Assembly (NCBI RefSeq): GCF_963921235.1
Contig: NC_086097.1
Coordinates: 250,978,001 to 251,042,000 of the forward strand
DNA: 64,000 nt
Source of the DNA: Mobula hypostoma
Taxonomy: Eukaryota
Reading direction: 5' to 3'
Below are positions 50,450 to 62,800 of this stretch, one piece after another; the stretch's first letter is position 1; the number at the start of each line of letters is the position of its first letter. The position numbers were made by a program, and so were the translations under genes. The notes beneath the pieces were generated by a model. That model was not told the origin of the DNA. It saw only the letters and a program-made list of their open reading frames with translations, and made no database searches.

Positions 50450-51365
50450 CTTTTGCACCCATGACTGTGGCTAAGTACAGCTCCAACACTATATACAAAT
50501 TTGCTGATGACACCACTGTTGTGGGCTGTATCGGTGGTGGTGAATCAGCATACAGGAGAGAGATTAAAAATCTGGATGAGTGGTGTAATAACAACAACCT
50601 CTCAGTCAGTATCATTAAGACCAAGGAACTGATTGTAGGCACCAGGAGAGGAAAACCAGAGGTCCTTGAACAAGTAATCATTGGAGGATCGGAGGTGGAG
50701 GGGGTCAGTAACTTTAAACTCCTGGGTGTCACCATCTCAGAAGACCAGTCCTGGACCCATCATATAAAAATATTTGCAAAGAAAGCACGACAGCGCCTCT
50801 ACTTCCTCAGGAGTCTGCGGAGATTCAGCATGTCATCAAAAACCTTGGCAAACTTCTATAGGTGTGCGGTGGAAAGTGTGCTGACCGGCTGCATCGTGGC
50901 CTGGGATGGAAACACCAATGCCTTTGAGCAGAAAATCCCACAAAAGGTAGTGGATTCGGCCTATCACTGGTAAAACTCGCTACGTGAAACATTGCCACAG
51001 AAACACAACATCCAAAGATCCTCACCACCCAGGTCACTATCTTTTCTCGCTGCTGCCATCAGGTAGAAGACACAAGAGCCTTGGGACTCGCACCACCAGG
51101 TTCAAGAACAATTACTACCCTTCAACCACTGGGCTCTTGAACAAAAGGGGATAGCCACACTTATCTAAGGACTCCGTTGTATTGTTATTTCATGCTATTT
51201 ATTTATATCTGCATTTGCACAGTTTGTTTCCAGTTACAGTTCCTGATATTTACAGTTGTTGGTCCAGAGATTTGCTAAGTATGCCCACAGAGAAAGAACC
51301 TCAGGGTTGTATGTGTCGACGTATGTGTACTCCGATAATAAATTTTACTCTAAACTTTTGACTCT
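50450..51365 (+). mobile_element. Rex1/Babar LINE 3' part
   Basis: IYKFADDTTVVG...WCNNNNLSVS..KTKEL...KARQRLYFLRSLRRF. Confidence 0.9.
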
Positions 51366-52092
51366 TAAATGGAAAAGTGAGGAGGTACATGTGAACACCA
51401 CCACCTCCACGTTCCCCTCCAAGCCAGAAATAAAGGACCATTTCTTCTATGTGGTAAGATTAAAATCCTCAAGCTTTCTACCAAACAGTACTGTAGGAGA
51501 AATTTCACCACATGGACTACAGACATTCAAGAAGACAGCTCGCTGTCCAACACCTTGGAATAAACTCTGAAGTTCCATCCAAAGCACCTCCACTTCCAAC
51601 TTCCTTTAAGACACTTCTAACTTTTCCACCAAGATTCCAGGTATTTCTCCCATCTTTCCCCTCTGTGACCCACAGATTTATTAATGCTCCTGTTAATAAT
51701 GCTCTCACTGGGCCAAAAGAGGAGTAAAAGATTGGTTTTATTTGTCAAATGTACAACAAAACATACAGTGAAATATGTCATTTGTGTCAACAATCAACAC
51801 AAGGATGTGCCAGAGGCAGCCCACAAGTGTCCCCACAACTTACTAAACCGAACTAGAACATCTGGGAGGAAACCCGAGCACCTGGAAGAACCCCACATGG
51901 TCACAGGGTGATCGCAGGAACTCCTTACAGACAGCAGCAGTAATTGAACCCTAATTGGTGATCTCTAGAGCTGTAAAGCCTTGTGCTAAGCACTACGCTA
52001 TCCTGGTGGGTAGATAAGAAAAGATTTTTCATCAAGTGGCTGACAAGTGTCCTGAATGCACTTACTTATCAATGCCAGAGATACTTATCAAT

Positions 52093-54799
52093 GACAGACT
52101 ACCAAACCTGGGAAGGGATCATTGGAAGACACGGCACTGGCAAGTGTAACAGCAACGGCCTTCTGCTCCTCAAGACGTGTGCTACACACGACCTTGTCAT
52201 CACCAACACCCTGTTCCGCTTACCCACCCGTAAGAAGACGTCATGGATGCACCCACGCTCGAAGCACTGGCATCTGATTGACTACATCATCACCAGGAAG
52301 AGGGACAGGATGGATGTCAGAGTGACGAGAGCCATGTGTGGTGCCGACTGCTGGACCGACCACCGCCTCATTGTGTCCAAGTTCAGGCTTCGCATTCTGC
52401 CCATGAGAAGACCCCAAGGGCAGAAGACTGCAAAGAGGTTGAATGTCTCCAAGCTGAAAAGCAGCAGGGTTGCAGAAGGATTTGTTGATGACCTTGAAGG
52501 CAGGCTGCCAGACACACCACAGGAAGACGGGACCAGCGTTGAGGAACAGTGGACGGCCTTCAGAGACGCTGTCTACGCTACCGCCCTCGAACATCTCGGA
52601 CCAGCAACTCGAAGAAATCAAGACTGGTTCGATGAGAATGATGAAGAAATACAGGCACTACTAACGGAGAAACACCAACATTACAGAGCACATCAGAACG
52701 ACCCCACGTCGCTAGCCAAGAAAGATGCCTTTACCAACGCAAGAAGAAAGGTGCAGAAAAAACTTCGTGAGATGCAGGACAGCTGGTTCAGCAAGAAGGC
52801 CGATGAAATCCAGGGCTATGCAGACAACCACGACATAAAGCGCTTCTACGATGCGCTTAAGGCTGTATACGGACCCCAGTCCTCCGGCTCCTCACCCCTC
52901 CTCAACGCAGATGAGACGCAGCTGCTGACAGAGAAGAAGCAGATTCTGGATCGCTGGGCTGAGCACTTTAACAACGTCCTTAACCGCCCTGCCGACATCA
53001 ACAACGAGGCCATTGCCCGCCTGCCCCAGGTAGAAATCAACAAGAACCTCGACACCCTCCCCACAGTAGATGAAGTCAGGAAGGCAGTGAAGCAACTCTC
53101 CTGTGGCAAAGCGCCAGGACCCGATACAATCCCTGCTGAGGTATACAAAGCAGGAGGCCCTGTCATGATGCAAAAGCTGACTGTACTCTTCCAGTCCATG
53201 TGGAAAAAGGGACAGGTCCCGCAACAGCTGAAAGATGCCAGCATAGTCCACATCTACAAGAGGAAAGGCAACCGCCAGTCTTGAGACAACCACCGAGGCA
53301 TCTCCCTCTTGTCCGTTGTGGGGAAGATTCTGGCCCGTGTCCTGCTCAACCGCCTTCTCCAACATCTTGAGCAAGGTCTGCTCCCAGAAAGCCAGTGCGG
53401 CTTCCGTGCTGAACGTGGGACCGCGGACATGATTTTTGCTGCGCGCCAACTCCAGGAAAAATGCCAGGAGCAACACAGCGACCTCTTCATGACCTTTGTC
53501 GATCTAACCAAGGCTTTTGATACGGTCAGCAGAGAAGGCTTATGGAAGATCATGGAGAAGTTTGGCTGCCCCAGCAAGTTCATCACAATCGTCCGGCAGT
53601 TCCACGACGGTATGATGGTGAAAGTTCTGGATGACGGCGACGAGTCGGAGGCCTTCCCAGTGACAAATGGCGTCAAACAAGGCTGCGTTCTTGCCCCGAC
53701 TCTGTTCAGTATGGTATTCTCTGCCATGGGGACAGATGCCTTCCGTAACTACAAAGAAGGAATCCACGTCATCAGAGACTTGTTGTTTGCTGATGACTGC
53801 GCACTCAACGCCAGCACAGAGCAGGAGATGCAGCGTGAAATGGACTGCTTCTCACAAGCCTGCGACAACTTCGGTCTCACTATCAGCACCAAAAAGACCG
53901 AAGTTATGTACCAGCCTGCCCCAGGAAAGCCATACCAGGAGCCACGCATCACGGTGAAGGGCCAGAACCTCCAGGCAGCCGACAACTTCACCTACCTGGG
54001 CAGCATACTCTCTCGCGCAGTGAACATAGACGCTGAGGTCAACAACAGGATTGCCAAAGCCAGCACCGCCTTTGGGAAACTCCGTGAGAACGTCTGGGAG
54101 TGGAGAGGACTCAGCCTTACCACCAAGCTGAAGGTCTACTGTGCAGTGGTCCTTACCACCCTCCTTTACACCAGCGAGACCTGGACTGTCTACAGCAGAC
54201 ACGCCAAACAGCTCAACCATTTTCACCTGAGCTGTCTCTGCAGACTCCTCCACATCAGGTGGCAGGACAAAATCCCCGACACGGAAATCCTGGAACGAGC
54301 TGGGCTCTGCAGCATCTACACCCTCCTGCTGAAAGCCCAAGCCAGGTGGGCTGGACATGTGGTCAGAATGCCAGACAGCCAATTGCCTAAGCAGCTGCTG
54401 TACGGAGAACTGTGTCAGGGCAAGCATTCAGTCGGGGGGGGGGGCAGAAGAAACGTTACAAAGACTGCCTTAAAGCGTCCCTCAAAGGCCTGGGTGTCGA
54501 CATTAACACGTGGGAGACGCTTGCCCTCGACCGTCCAGCTTGGCGCAGCAGGATCACCACAGGAGCCCGTGCAGCTGAAGTCAGGCGCATCATCGAGGCG
54601 CAACGAAAGCGTGCTGGGCGCAAGGCCCGAGCAGCATCCACTGCCACGACAGCACCCACCCACTTGTGTCCCACATGTGGGCGAGCCTTCAGGGCCTGGA
54701 TTGGCCTCATCAGTCACCTCCGGACCCACAGCCACCAATCTCCCATTTGACTTTGAAGCCATGGTCATCTTCGACTACGAAGGACGAACAACAACAACA
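52093..54799 (+). mobile_element. RTE-clade (BovB-like) LINE, 5'-truncated, lightly mutated
   Basis: Endonuclease C-terminus (TDHRL), RT (FVDLTKAFD, GVKQG, LFADD), C-terminal CPTCGRAF...LISHLRTH finger, (ACA)n tail; TGA at 53282 and a frameshift in the G-run at ~54434. Confidence 0.95.
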
Positions 54800-54962
54800 G
54801 GGCGAAGATGGAAGAAACCTCTCACATGGTAGCAACATACATAAAAATGCCAGGCAGCATACTCAGTTAATGTTTCAGAAACTAATTAAGGAAAGGAAAT
54901 GAAAGGTTTTAAATGAGTTAACCAATAAATAAAACATGAAGTGAGTGCTTTATTTTTACTCA

Positions 54963-55068
54963 AACATGAGGAAATCTGCAGATGCTGGAATTTCAAGCAA
55001 CACACATAAAAATTGCATTTTTTGTGTGTGTTGCTTGAATTTCCAGCATCTGCAGATTTCCTCGTGTT
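54963..55068. repeat. Near-perfect palindrome of two inverted Penelope-like terminal sequences
   Basis: About 50-nt arms aacatgaggaaatctgcagatgctggaa... / ...ttccagcatctgcagatttcctcgtgtt. Confidence 0.92.
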
Positions 55069-55547
55069 CACGTGGTAGCCTATCGGTTAGCATGATGCTA
55101 TTTCAGGTCGGGGTGTTGGAGTTTTGAGTTCAATTCCAGCATCCTCTGTACGCAATTCAGTATGTTCCTTTCTGCGTGTGCGTGGGTTTCCTCTGGGTGC
55201 TCTGGTTTCCTCCCAGTCGAAAGGCATGCTAGTTAATAGGTTGATTGGTCATTGTAAATTGCCCCGTGATCAGACTAGGGTTAAATTGGTGGATTACTGG
55301 GCGGTGTGGCTCATTGGACTACAGAGGCCTGTTCCGCGCTGTATCTCTAAATAAATATAAAATAACAATGCCGTAATGGATACTTGAAAAGCTGTAACCT
55401 GCAGGGTCATGGATTAAGTGTTGGAAGGTAGAAGCATAATTAGAAATGGGAAAGAAACACTGACCTTGCCATTGCTAGTTTCAAGTCATCAATTAATAGC
55501 AGTAATAAAAAAGTACAGATCTTTATTCACTGCACTGTCTTCACTAA

Positions 55548-56235
55548 AGACCATAGACCATAAGACAAAGGAGCAGAAGTAGGCCATTCAGCCCATTGAG
55601 TCTGCTCCGCCATTTTATCATGAGCTGATCCATTCTCCCATTTAGTCCCACTCCCCCGCCTTCTCACCATAACCTTTGATGCCCTGGCTACTCAGATACC
55701 TATCAATCTCTGCCTTAAATACACCCAATGACTTGGCCTCCACTGCTGCCCGTGGCAACAAATTCCATAGATTCACCACCCTCTGACTAAAAAAATTTCT
55801 TCGCATTTCTGTTCTGAATGGGAGCCCTTCAATCCTGAAGTCATGCCCTCTCGTACTAGACTCCCCCATCATGGGAAACAACTTTGCCACATCCACTCTG
55901 TCCATGCCTTTCAACATTCGAAATGTTTCTATGAGGTCTCCCCTCATTCTTCTAAACTCCAAGGAATACAGTCCAAGAGCGGACAAACGTTCCTCATATG
56001 TTAACCCTCTCATTCCCAGAATCATTCTAGTGAATCTTCTCTGAACCCTCTCCAACGTCAGCACATCCTTTCTTAAATAAGGAGACCAAAACTGCCCACA
56101 GTACTCCAAGTGAGGTCTCACCAGCGCCTTATAGAGCCTCAACATCACATCCCTGCTCCTATACTCTATTCCTCTAGAAATGAATGCCAACATTGCATTC
56201 GCCTTCTTCACTACTGACTCAACCTGGAGGTTAAA
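55548..56235 (-). mobile_element. CR1 3' fragment nearly identical to 19830-20520
   Basis: NLQVESVVKKANAMLAFISRGIEYRSRDVML... almost identical to ORF 19787-20278. Confidence 0.95.
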
Positions 56236-56689
56236 GTAGCCAAATGGAACTTCTGATTCCGATTCCGATTTATTTATCACATACTGTGAAATGTGTTGTT
56301 TGCAAGAACAACTAATGCAACCCAAGGATGTGCTGGGGGCAGTCCGCAAGTGTTCCCGTATATTCCGGCACCAACATAGCATGCTCACTATGCTCGACAG
56401 AACAAAATAAGCAACAAAACAACAACAGCAAAACAAGCCCGTTAGACCAGACTGTACGGCTATTATTTTCTTTGCAATTTAACCTTATACTGGTTTGCAT
56501 TTTTATATAGTTAACCTGTATACATGGAACTGCAAACAAGAAATAATCTGCAGATGCTGAAAATCCAAGCAACACACACAAAATGCTGGAGGAATTCAGC
56601 CAACCAGGCAGTATCTATGGAAAAGAGTACAGTCCTGATGAAGGGTCTCGGACCAAATCGTCGACTGTACTCTTCTCCATACAGGTTTT

Positions 56690-59600
56690 CTCCGAAGAAC
56701 TGTACCAACCATCTAGCGGGGGTATTCAAGGTCATTTTCAACCTCTCACTGCTACGGGCAGAGGTTCCCACTTGCTTCAAAAAGGCAACAATTACACCAG
56801 TGACACACATCAAAGTTGCTGGTGAACGCAGCAGGCCAGTCAGCATCTGTAGGAAGAGGTGCAGTCGATGTTTCAAGCCGAGACCCTTCGTCAGGACCCA
56901 ATTACACCAGTGCCTAAGAATAACGTGAGCTGCCTTAATGACTATCGCCTGGTAGCACTCACATCGACAGTGATGAAATGCTTTGAGAGGTTGCTTATGA
57001 CTAGACTGAACTCCTGCCTCAGCAAGGACCTGGACCCATTGCAATTTGCTTATCGCCACAATAGGTCAATGGCAGATGCAATCTCAATGGCTCTTCACAC
57101 GGCTTTAGACCACCCAGACAATACAAACACCTACATCAGGATGCTGTTCATCGACTATAGCTCAGCATTTAACACCATCATTCCCACAATCCTGATTGAG
57201 AAGTTGCAGAACCTGGGCCTCTGTACCTCCCTCTGCAATTGGATCCTCAACTTCCTAAAGAGGATGAACGGATCCTGACCCAGATCTGGGCCGTACCCTC
57301 CAAATATCCGGACCTACCTCTCGGTTTTTTTGCACTACCTTACTTTCCATTTTTCTATTTTCTATTTATGATTTATAATTTAAATTTTTAACATTTACTA
57401 ATTTTTACCATTTTTAATATTTAATATTTGTAATCCAGGGAGCGGGAAGCACAGGATCAAATATCGCTGTGATGATTGTACGTTCTAGTATCAATTGTTT
57501 GGTGACAGTAAAGTATAAAGTATAACCGGAAGACCAGTCTGTGCAGATTGGTGATAACATATCCTCCTCGCAGACGATCAACACTGGTGCACCTCAGGGG
57601 TATGTGCTTAGCTCACTGCTCTAGCTCTCTGTATACATATGATTATGTGGCTAGGCATAGCTCAAATACCATCTTTACATTTGCTGATGATACAACCATT
57701 GTTGGTAGAATCTCAGGTGGTGATGAGAAGGCGTACAAGAGTGAGATGCCAACTAGTGGAATGGTGCCACAGCAACAACCTGGCACTCAACATCAGTAAG
57801 ACAAAAGAGCTGATTGTGGACTTCAGGAAGGGTAAGACGAAGGAGCACATACCAATCCTCAGAGGGATCAGAAGTGGAGAGAGTGAGCAGCTTCAAGTTC
57901 CTGGGCATCAAGATCTCTGAGGATCTAACCTGGTCCCAACATATTGATGTAGTCACACAGAAGGCAAGACACCGGCTATACTTTATCAGGAGTTTGAAGA
58001 GATTTGGCACTGAACATAGAATAGTACAGCACAGAACAGGCCCTTCGGCCCACATTGTTGTGCCGACCCTCAAACCCTGCCTCCCATATTACCCCCCCAC
58101 CTTAAATTCCTCCATATACCTGTCTAGTAGTCTCTTAAACTTCACTAGTGTATCTGCCTCCACCACTGACTCAGGCAGTGCATTCCACGCACTAACCACT
58201 CTCTGAGTAAAAAACCTTCCTCTAATATCCCCCTTGAACTTCCCACCCCTTATCTTAAAGCCATGTCCCCTTGTATTAAGCAGTGGTGCCCTGGGGAAGA
58301 GGCGCTGGCTATCCACTCTATCTATTCCTCTTAATATCTTGTACACCTCTACCATGTCTCCTCTCATCCTCCTTCTCTCCAAAGAGTAAAGCCCTAACTC
58401 CCTTAATCTCTGATCACAATGCATACTCTCTAAACCACAGGCAGCATCCTGGTAAATCTCCTCTGTACCCTTTCCAATGCTTCCACATCCTTCCTATAGT
58501 GAGGTGACCAGAACTGGACACAGTACTCCAAGTGCGGCCTAACCAGAGTTTTATAGAGCTGCATCATTCTATCCCTCGACTTATGAAAGCTAACACCCCA
58601 TAAGCTTTCTTAACTACTTTATCTACCTCTGAGGCAACTTTCAGGGATCTGTGGACATGTACCCCCAGATTCCTCTGCTCCTCCACACTACCAAGTATCC
58701 TGCCATTTACTTTGAACTCTGCTTTGGAGTTTGTCCTTCCAAAGTGTACCACCTCACACTTCTCCGGGTTGAACTCCATCTGCCACTTCTCAGCCCACTT
58801 GTGCATCCTATCAATGTCTCTCTGCAATCTTTGACAATCCTCTACACTATCTACAACACCACCAACTTTTGTGTCGTCTGCAAACTTGCCAACTCACCCT
58901 TCTACCCCCACATCCAGGTCGTTAATAAAAATCACAAAAAGTAGAGGTCCCAGAACCGATCCTTGTGGGATACCACTAGTCACAATCCTCCAATCTGAAT
59001 GTACTCCCTCCACCACCACCCTCTGCCTTCTGCAGGCAAGCCAATTCTGAATCCACCTGGCCAAACTTCCCTGGATCCCATGCCTTCTGACTTTCTGAAT
59101 AAGCCTACCATGTGGAACCTTGTCAAATGCCTTACTAAAATCCATGTAGATCACATCCCTCATCTATATGCCTGGTCACCTCTTCAAAGAACTCTGTCAG
59201 GCTTGTTAGACACAATCTGTCCTTCAGAAAGCCATGCTGACTGTCCCTGATCAGATCATGATTCAGTAAATGCCCATAGATCCTATCTCTAAGAATCTTT
59301 TCCAACAGCTTTCCCACCACAGACGTAAGGCTCACTGGTCTATAATTACCCGGACTATCCCTACTACCTTTTTTTGAACAAGGAGACAACATTCGCCTCC
59401 CTCCAATCCTCCGGTACCATTCCCGTAGACAACGAGGACATAAAGATCCTAGCCAGAGGCTCAGCAATCTCTTCCCTTGCCTCGTAGAGCAGCCTGGGGA
59501 ATATTCCGTCAGGTCCCGGGGACCTATCCGTCCTAATGTATGTTAATAACTCCAACACCTACTCTCCTTTAATATCAACATGTTCCAGAACATCAACCTC

Positions 59601-60335
59601 ACTCATATTGTCCTCACCATCATCAAGTTCTCTCTTATTGGTGAATACCGAAGAGAAGTATTCATTGAGGACCTCACTCACTTCCACAGCCTCCAGGCAC
59701 ATCTTCCCACCTTTATCTCTAATCGGTCCTACCTTCACTCCTGTACTTGCATGTCAAAAAATACACTCAAAAAATTCTATAGTTGTACCATGGACAGCAT
59801 TCTGACAGGCTGCATCACTGTCTGGTATGGAAGGGCTGCTGCACAGGACCGAAAGAAGCTGCAGAAGGTTGTAAATCTAGTCAGCTCCATCTTGGGTACT
59901 AGCCTACAAAGTACCCAGGACATCTTTGGGAGCAGTGTCCTAGAAAGGCAGCATCCATTGTTAAGGACCTCCAGCACCCAGGGCATGCCCTTTTCTCACT
60001 GTTACCATCAGGTAGGAGGTACAGAAGCCTGAAGGCACACACTCAGCAATTCAGGAACAGCTTCTTCCCCTCTGCTATCCGATTCCTAAATGAACTTTGA
60101 AGCTTTGGACACTACCTCACTTTTTTTTTTAAAATACACAGTATTTCTGTTTTTGCACATTTTTTAAAAAATCTATTCGATATGTAATTGATTTATTTGT
60201 TTATTTATGTCTTATTTTATTTATTACTCTTATTGTTCTCTCTCTGCTAGATTATGCATTGCATTGAACTGCTGCTGCTAAGTTAACAAATTTCACGTCA
60301 CATGCCGGTGACAATAAACCTGAGTCTGATTCTGC
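56690..60335 (+). mobile_element. Rex1/Babar LINE split by three insertions (56803-56898, ~57258-57522, 58011-59745)
   Basis: [70 protein letters not shown]. Confidence 0.88.
58011..59745 (-). mobile_element. CR1 LINE, 5'-truncated, with small deletions
   Basis: RT fragments 58089-59558; same subfamily as 34736-36832. Confidence 0.93.
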
Positions 60336-60559
60336 TGCCTGAACTGCTGAGTCCCCAGCATTGTGTGTGTTACATGGAACCGCTGTTTCCTAGTTCATGC
60401 ACTTGCTTTGGTAACCACTAGATGGCAGTTATGGGCATCACATTATTTCAATAGGGGCTATCTAATTTGTTAACAAAATTGAATGGAATGTCTGTTATCT
60501 ATGGAAATTCAATGTAATTACCAAACTGGTAAAAAAAAAGGGCAGATCCTTAAGGTTGC

Positions 60560-61110
60560 TGTAGCTGGGGATGGTAATGGAGACAAGCTCCCACTAGCTA
60601 TTAAATGCTCTCAATGGCGTGCATCTCAAATAGCCTCTGACAACCAAGTCCAGCTCCTGGCTTATCTACCAAGCCCAGTGGAACCGTTCCTACTGACAGG
60701 AGGAGCAAAGGCGGGTTACTGGCACCTTAAGACCAGTCACTTTGGGCAGATGGGGCTCGACAGTCACAGTTGGAAGGTCATCAAGGAGAAGGAAAACTCT
60801 GATCTCAAACCTCCACTGCCCTGCGGCTGTATCCATTCATGGAGAAGGGTTTGGGAGTAAACCCTGAGGAAAATCCGGAGCTGGAGTCCGGAAGGAAGTC
60901 CTTTGTTGAGCTTAATGCTGACTGGCAACTCCAATGACACTGCTGGTGCCAAGCTGTATCAGTCTCCGCCATTCCTTTGGATTCATCAGCTGTGTGGAGA
61001 GGGGGAGCTTGCTACATAGGCAACAGCTTGCCCTCCATATCATACTGCCCAGGCTTGTATATCCAGACAGCTAGGATGCAACATCTGTGGTCGACCCTGA
61101 TCCAGTGGAT
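60560..61110 (+). mobile_element. Third copy of the RTE-associated non-autonomous repeat
   Basis: Colinear with the reverse complement of 16215-16815. Confidence 0.7.
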
Positions 61111-61364
61111 GCCCCACTCACTCATAAGCTCAGAGCATGTGGCCTCAGACTCCTTTTGTTCCTTTCCTGCTATTGCTTTCTCTCATTACTCTCCTTTCCC
61201 AATTCTTTCTTCTCTTTTCACTTAATAAACAAAGATGAGCAACAAGTTTTATGCCTCATTTTTGACTCTTGAAAGAAGCTTGGATCAAAAACATCAGCAT
61301 CCAACACACCTTTCCTCTCTCCCACCCATTACTTTTCAAGTGAAGCATCTGTTCATTTTGGTCT

Positions 61365-62019
61365 CCTAAGATGGCGGCGCGACACAGCGCGCATGGCCGC
61401 TCCAAATGATATCGTATTTGTGAACTAGGATGCCGTGCACAATCTTGATTTGATGGAGACAGACGTGAAGAAGCACGGAGGAACATCTGGAGAAACTTCT
61501 GAAATGCCTGCTTCGCTGCCACTGTGCGATCGAGAATCTCCGGAGATGAAGGCCCCAAATCCTCGGCTTTGCCTATTGCCTGTTGCCGGGGCCGGGGTCG
61601 AAGCACTCGGCAGAGATGGTGCTCGGTGTCCGAGAGCTGGTCAGAGGCTCGGAGTTTCCGGACGGACTCAGAGTCGGACTGTGGTCGGGGTGCTTCCAGG
61701 ATGCTGCATCAGCAGGTTTGCGGCGCTGAAAGCTCATGGCAGGGAGCTTCTCCCTTCAATCGTCTGCGTGAGATGATGGGACTTTCAAGAGACTTTGAGA
61801 CTTTTTTTTAATGTGCCCATGGTCTGTTTTTCATCAAATTACGGTATTGTTTTGCACTGTTGTAACTATATGTTATAATTATGTGGTTTTTGTCAGTTTT
61901 TTAGTCTTGGTTTGTCTTGCGTTTCTGTGATATCATTCTGGAGGAACAAATTGTATCATTTCTTAATGCATGCATTACTAAATGACAATAAAAGAGGACT
62001 GTGTGTCCTCATAATCTAA
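61365..62019 (+). mobile_element. Non-autonomous retroelement with a CpG-rich head (AAGATGGCGGC) and LINE-like tail
   Basis: The 3' end gcatgcattactaaatgacaataaaagaggactg...cataatct recurs inverted at 42420-42545. Confidence 0.6.
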
Positions 62020-62049
62020 AAACAATCAAAAGCACATTAAAACTGTTGG

Positions 62050-62800
62050 AATCATAGTGTTTCTGGGAATAATGTGGAAGGTGCAGGATCAGTTCATTCC
62101 AAAAAGGAAGAAAGATCCTAAGGGGAGTAAGGGGAGGCTGTGGCTGACAAGGGAAATAAAGGACAGTATAAAAATAAAAGAGAAGAAGTATAACATAGCA
62201 AAGATGAGTGGGAAGCCGGAGGATTGGGAAACTTTTAAAGAGCAACAGAAGGTAACTAAAAAGGCAATACGCAGAGAAAAACTGAGGTACGAACGTAAAC
62301 TAGACAAGAATATAAAGGAGGATAGTAAAAGCTTCTTTAGGTATGTGAAAAGGAAAAAAATAGTTAAGAGCAAAATTGGGCCCTTGAAGACAGAAGCAGG
62401 TGAATTTATTATGGGGAACAAGGAAATGGCAGACGAGTTGAACAGGTACTTTGGATCTGTCTTCACTAGGGAAGACACAAACAATCTCCCAGATGTAATA
62501 GTGGCCAAAGGATCTAGGGTAATGGATGAATTGAAGGAAATTTATATTAGGCAGGAAATGGTGTTGGATAAGCTGTTGGGCCTGATGGTCTGCATCCCAG
62601 GGTACTTAAGGAGGTGGCTTTAGAAATTGTGGACGCATTGGTAATAATTTTCCAATGTTCTATAGATTCAGGATCAATTCCTGTGGATTGGAGGGTGGCT
62701 AATGTTGTCCCTCTCTTCAAGAAGGGAGGAAGAGAGAAAACAGGAAATTATAGACCGATTAGCCTAACGTCAGTGGTGGGAAAGATGCTGGAGTCAATTA
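62050..62800 (+). mobile_element. CR1 ORF2 internal fragment
   Basis: ORFs 62057-62623 and 62614 onward to SVVGKMLESII. Confidence 0.9.

Noticed and set aside
51550..51710. Minus-strand exon candidate after TCTTTTGGCCCAG
   Set aside because: No good donor and no recognisable peptide; may be an old repeat remnant.
61365..61800. CpG-island promoter with a YY1-like AAGATGGCGGC motif
   Set aside because: Contiguous with a LINE-like tail that recurs at 42420-42545, so more likely the head of a retroelement.
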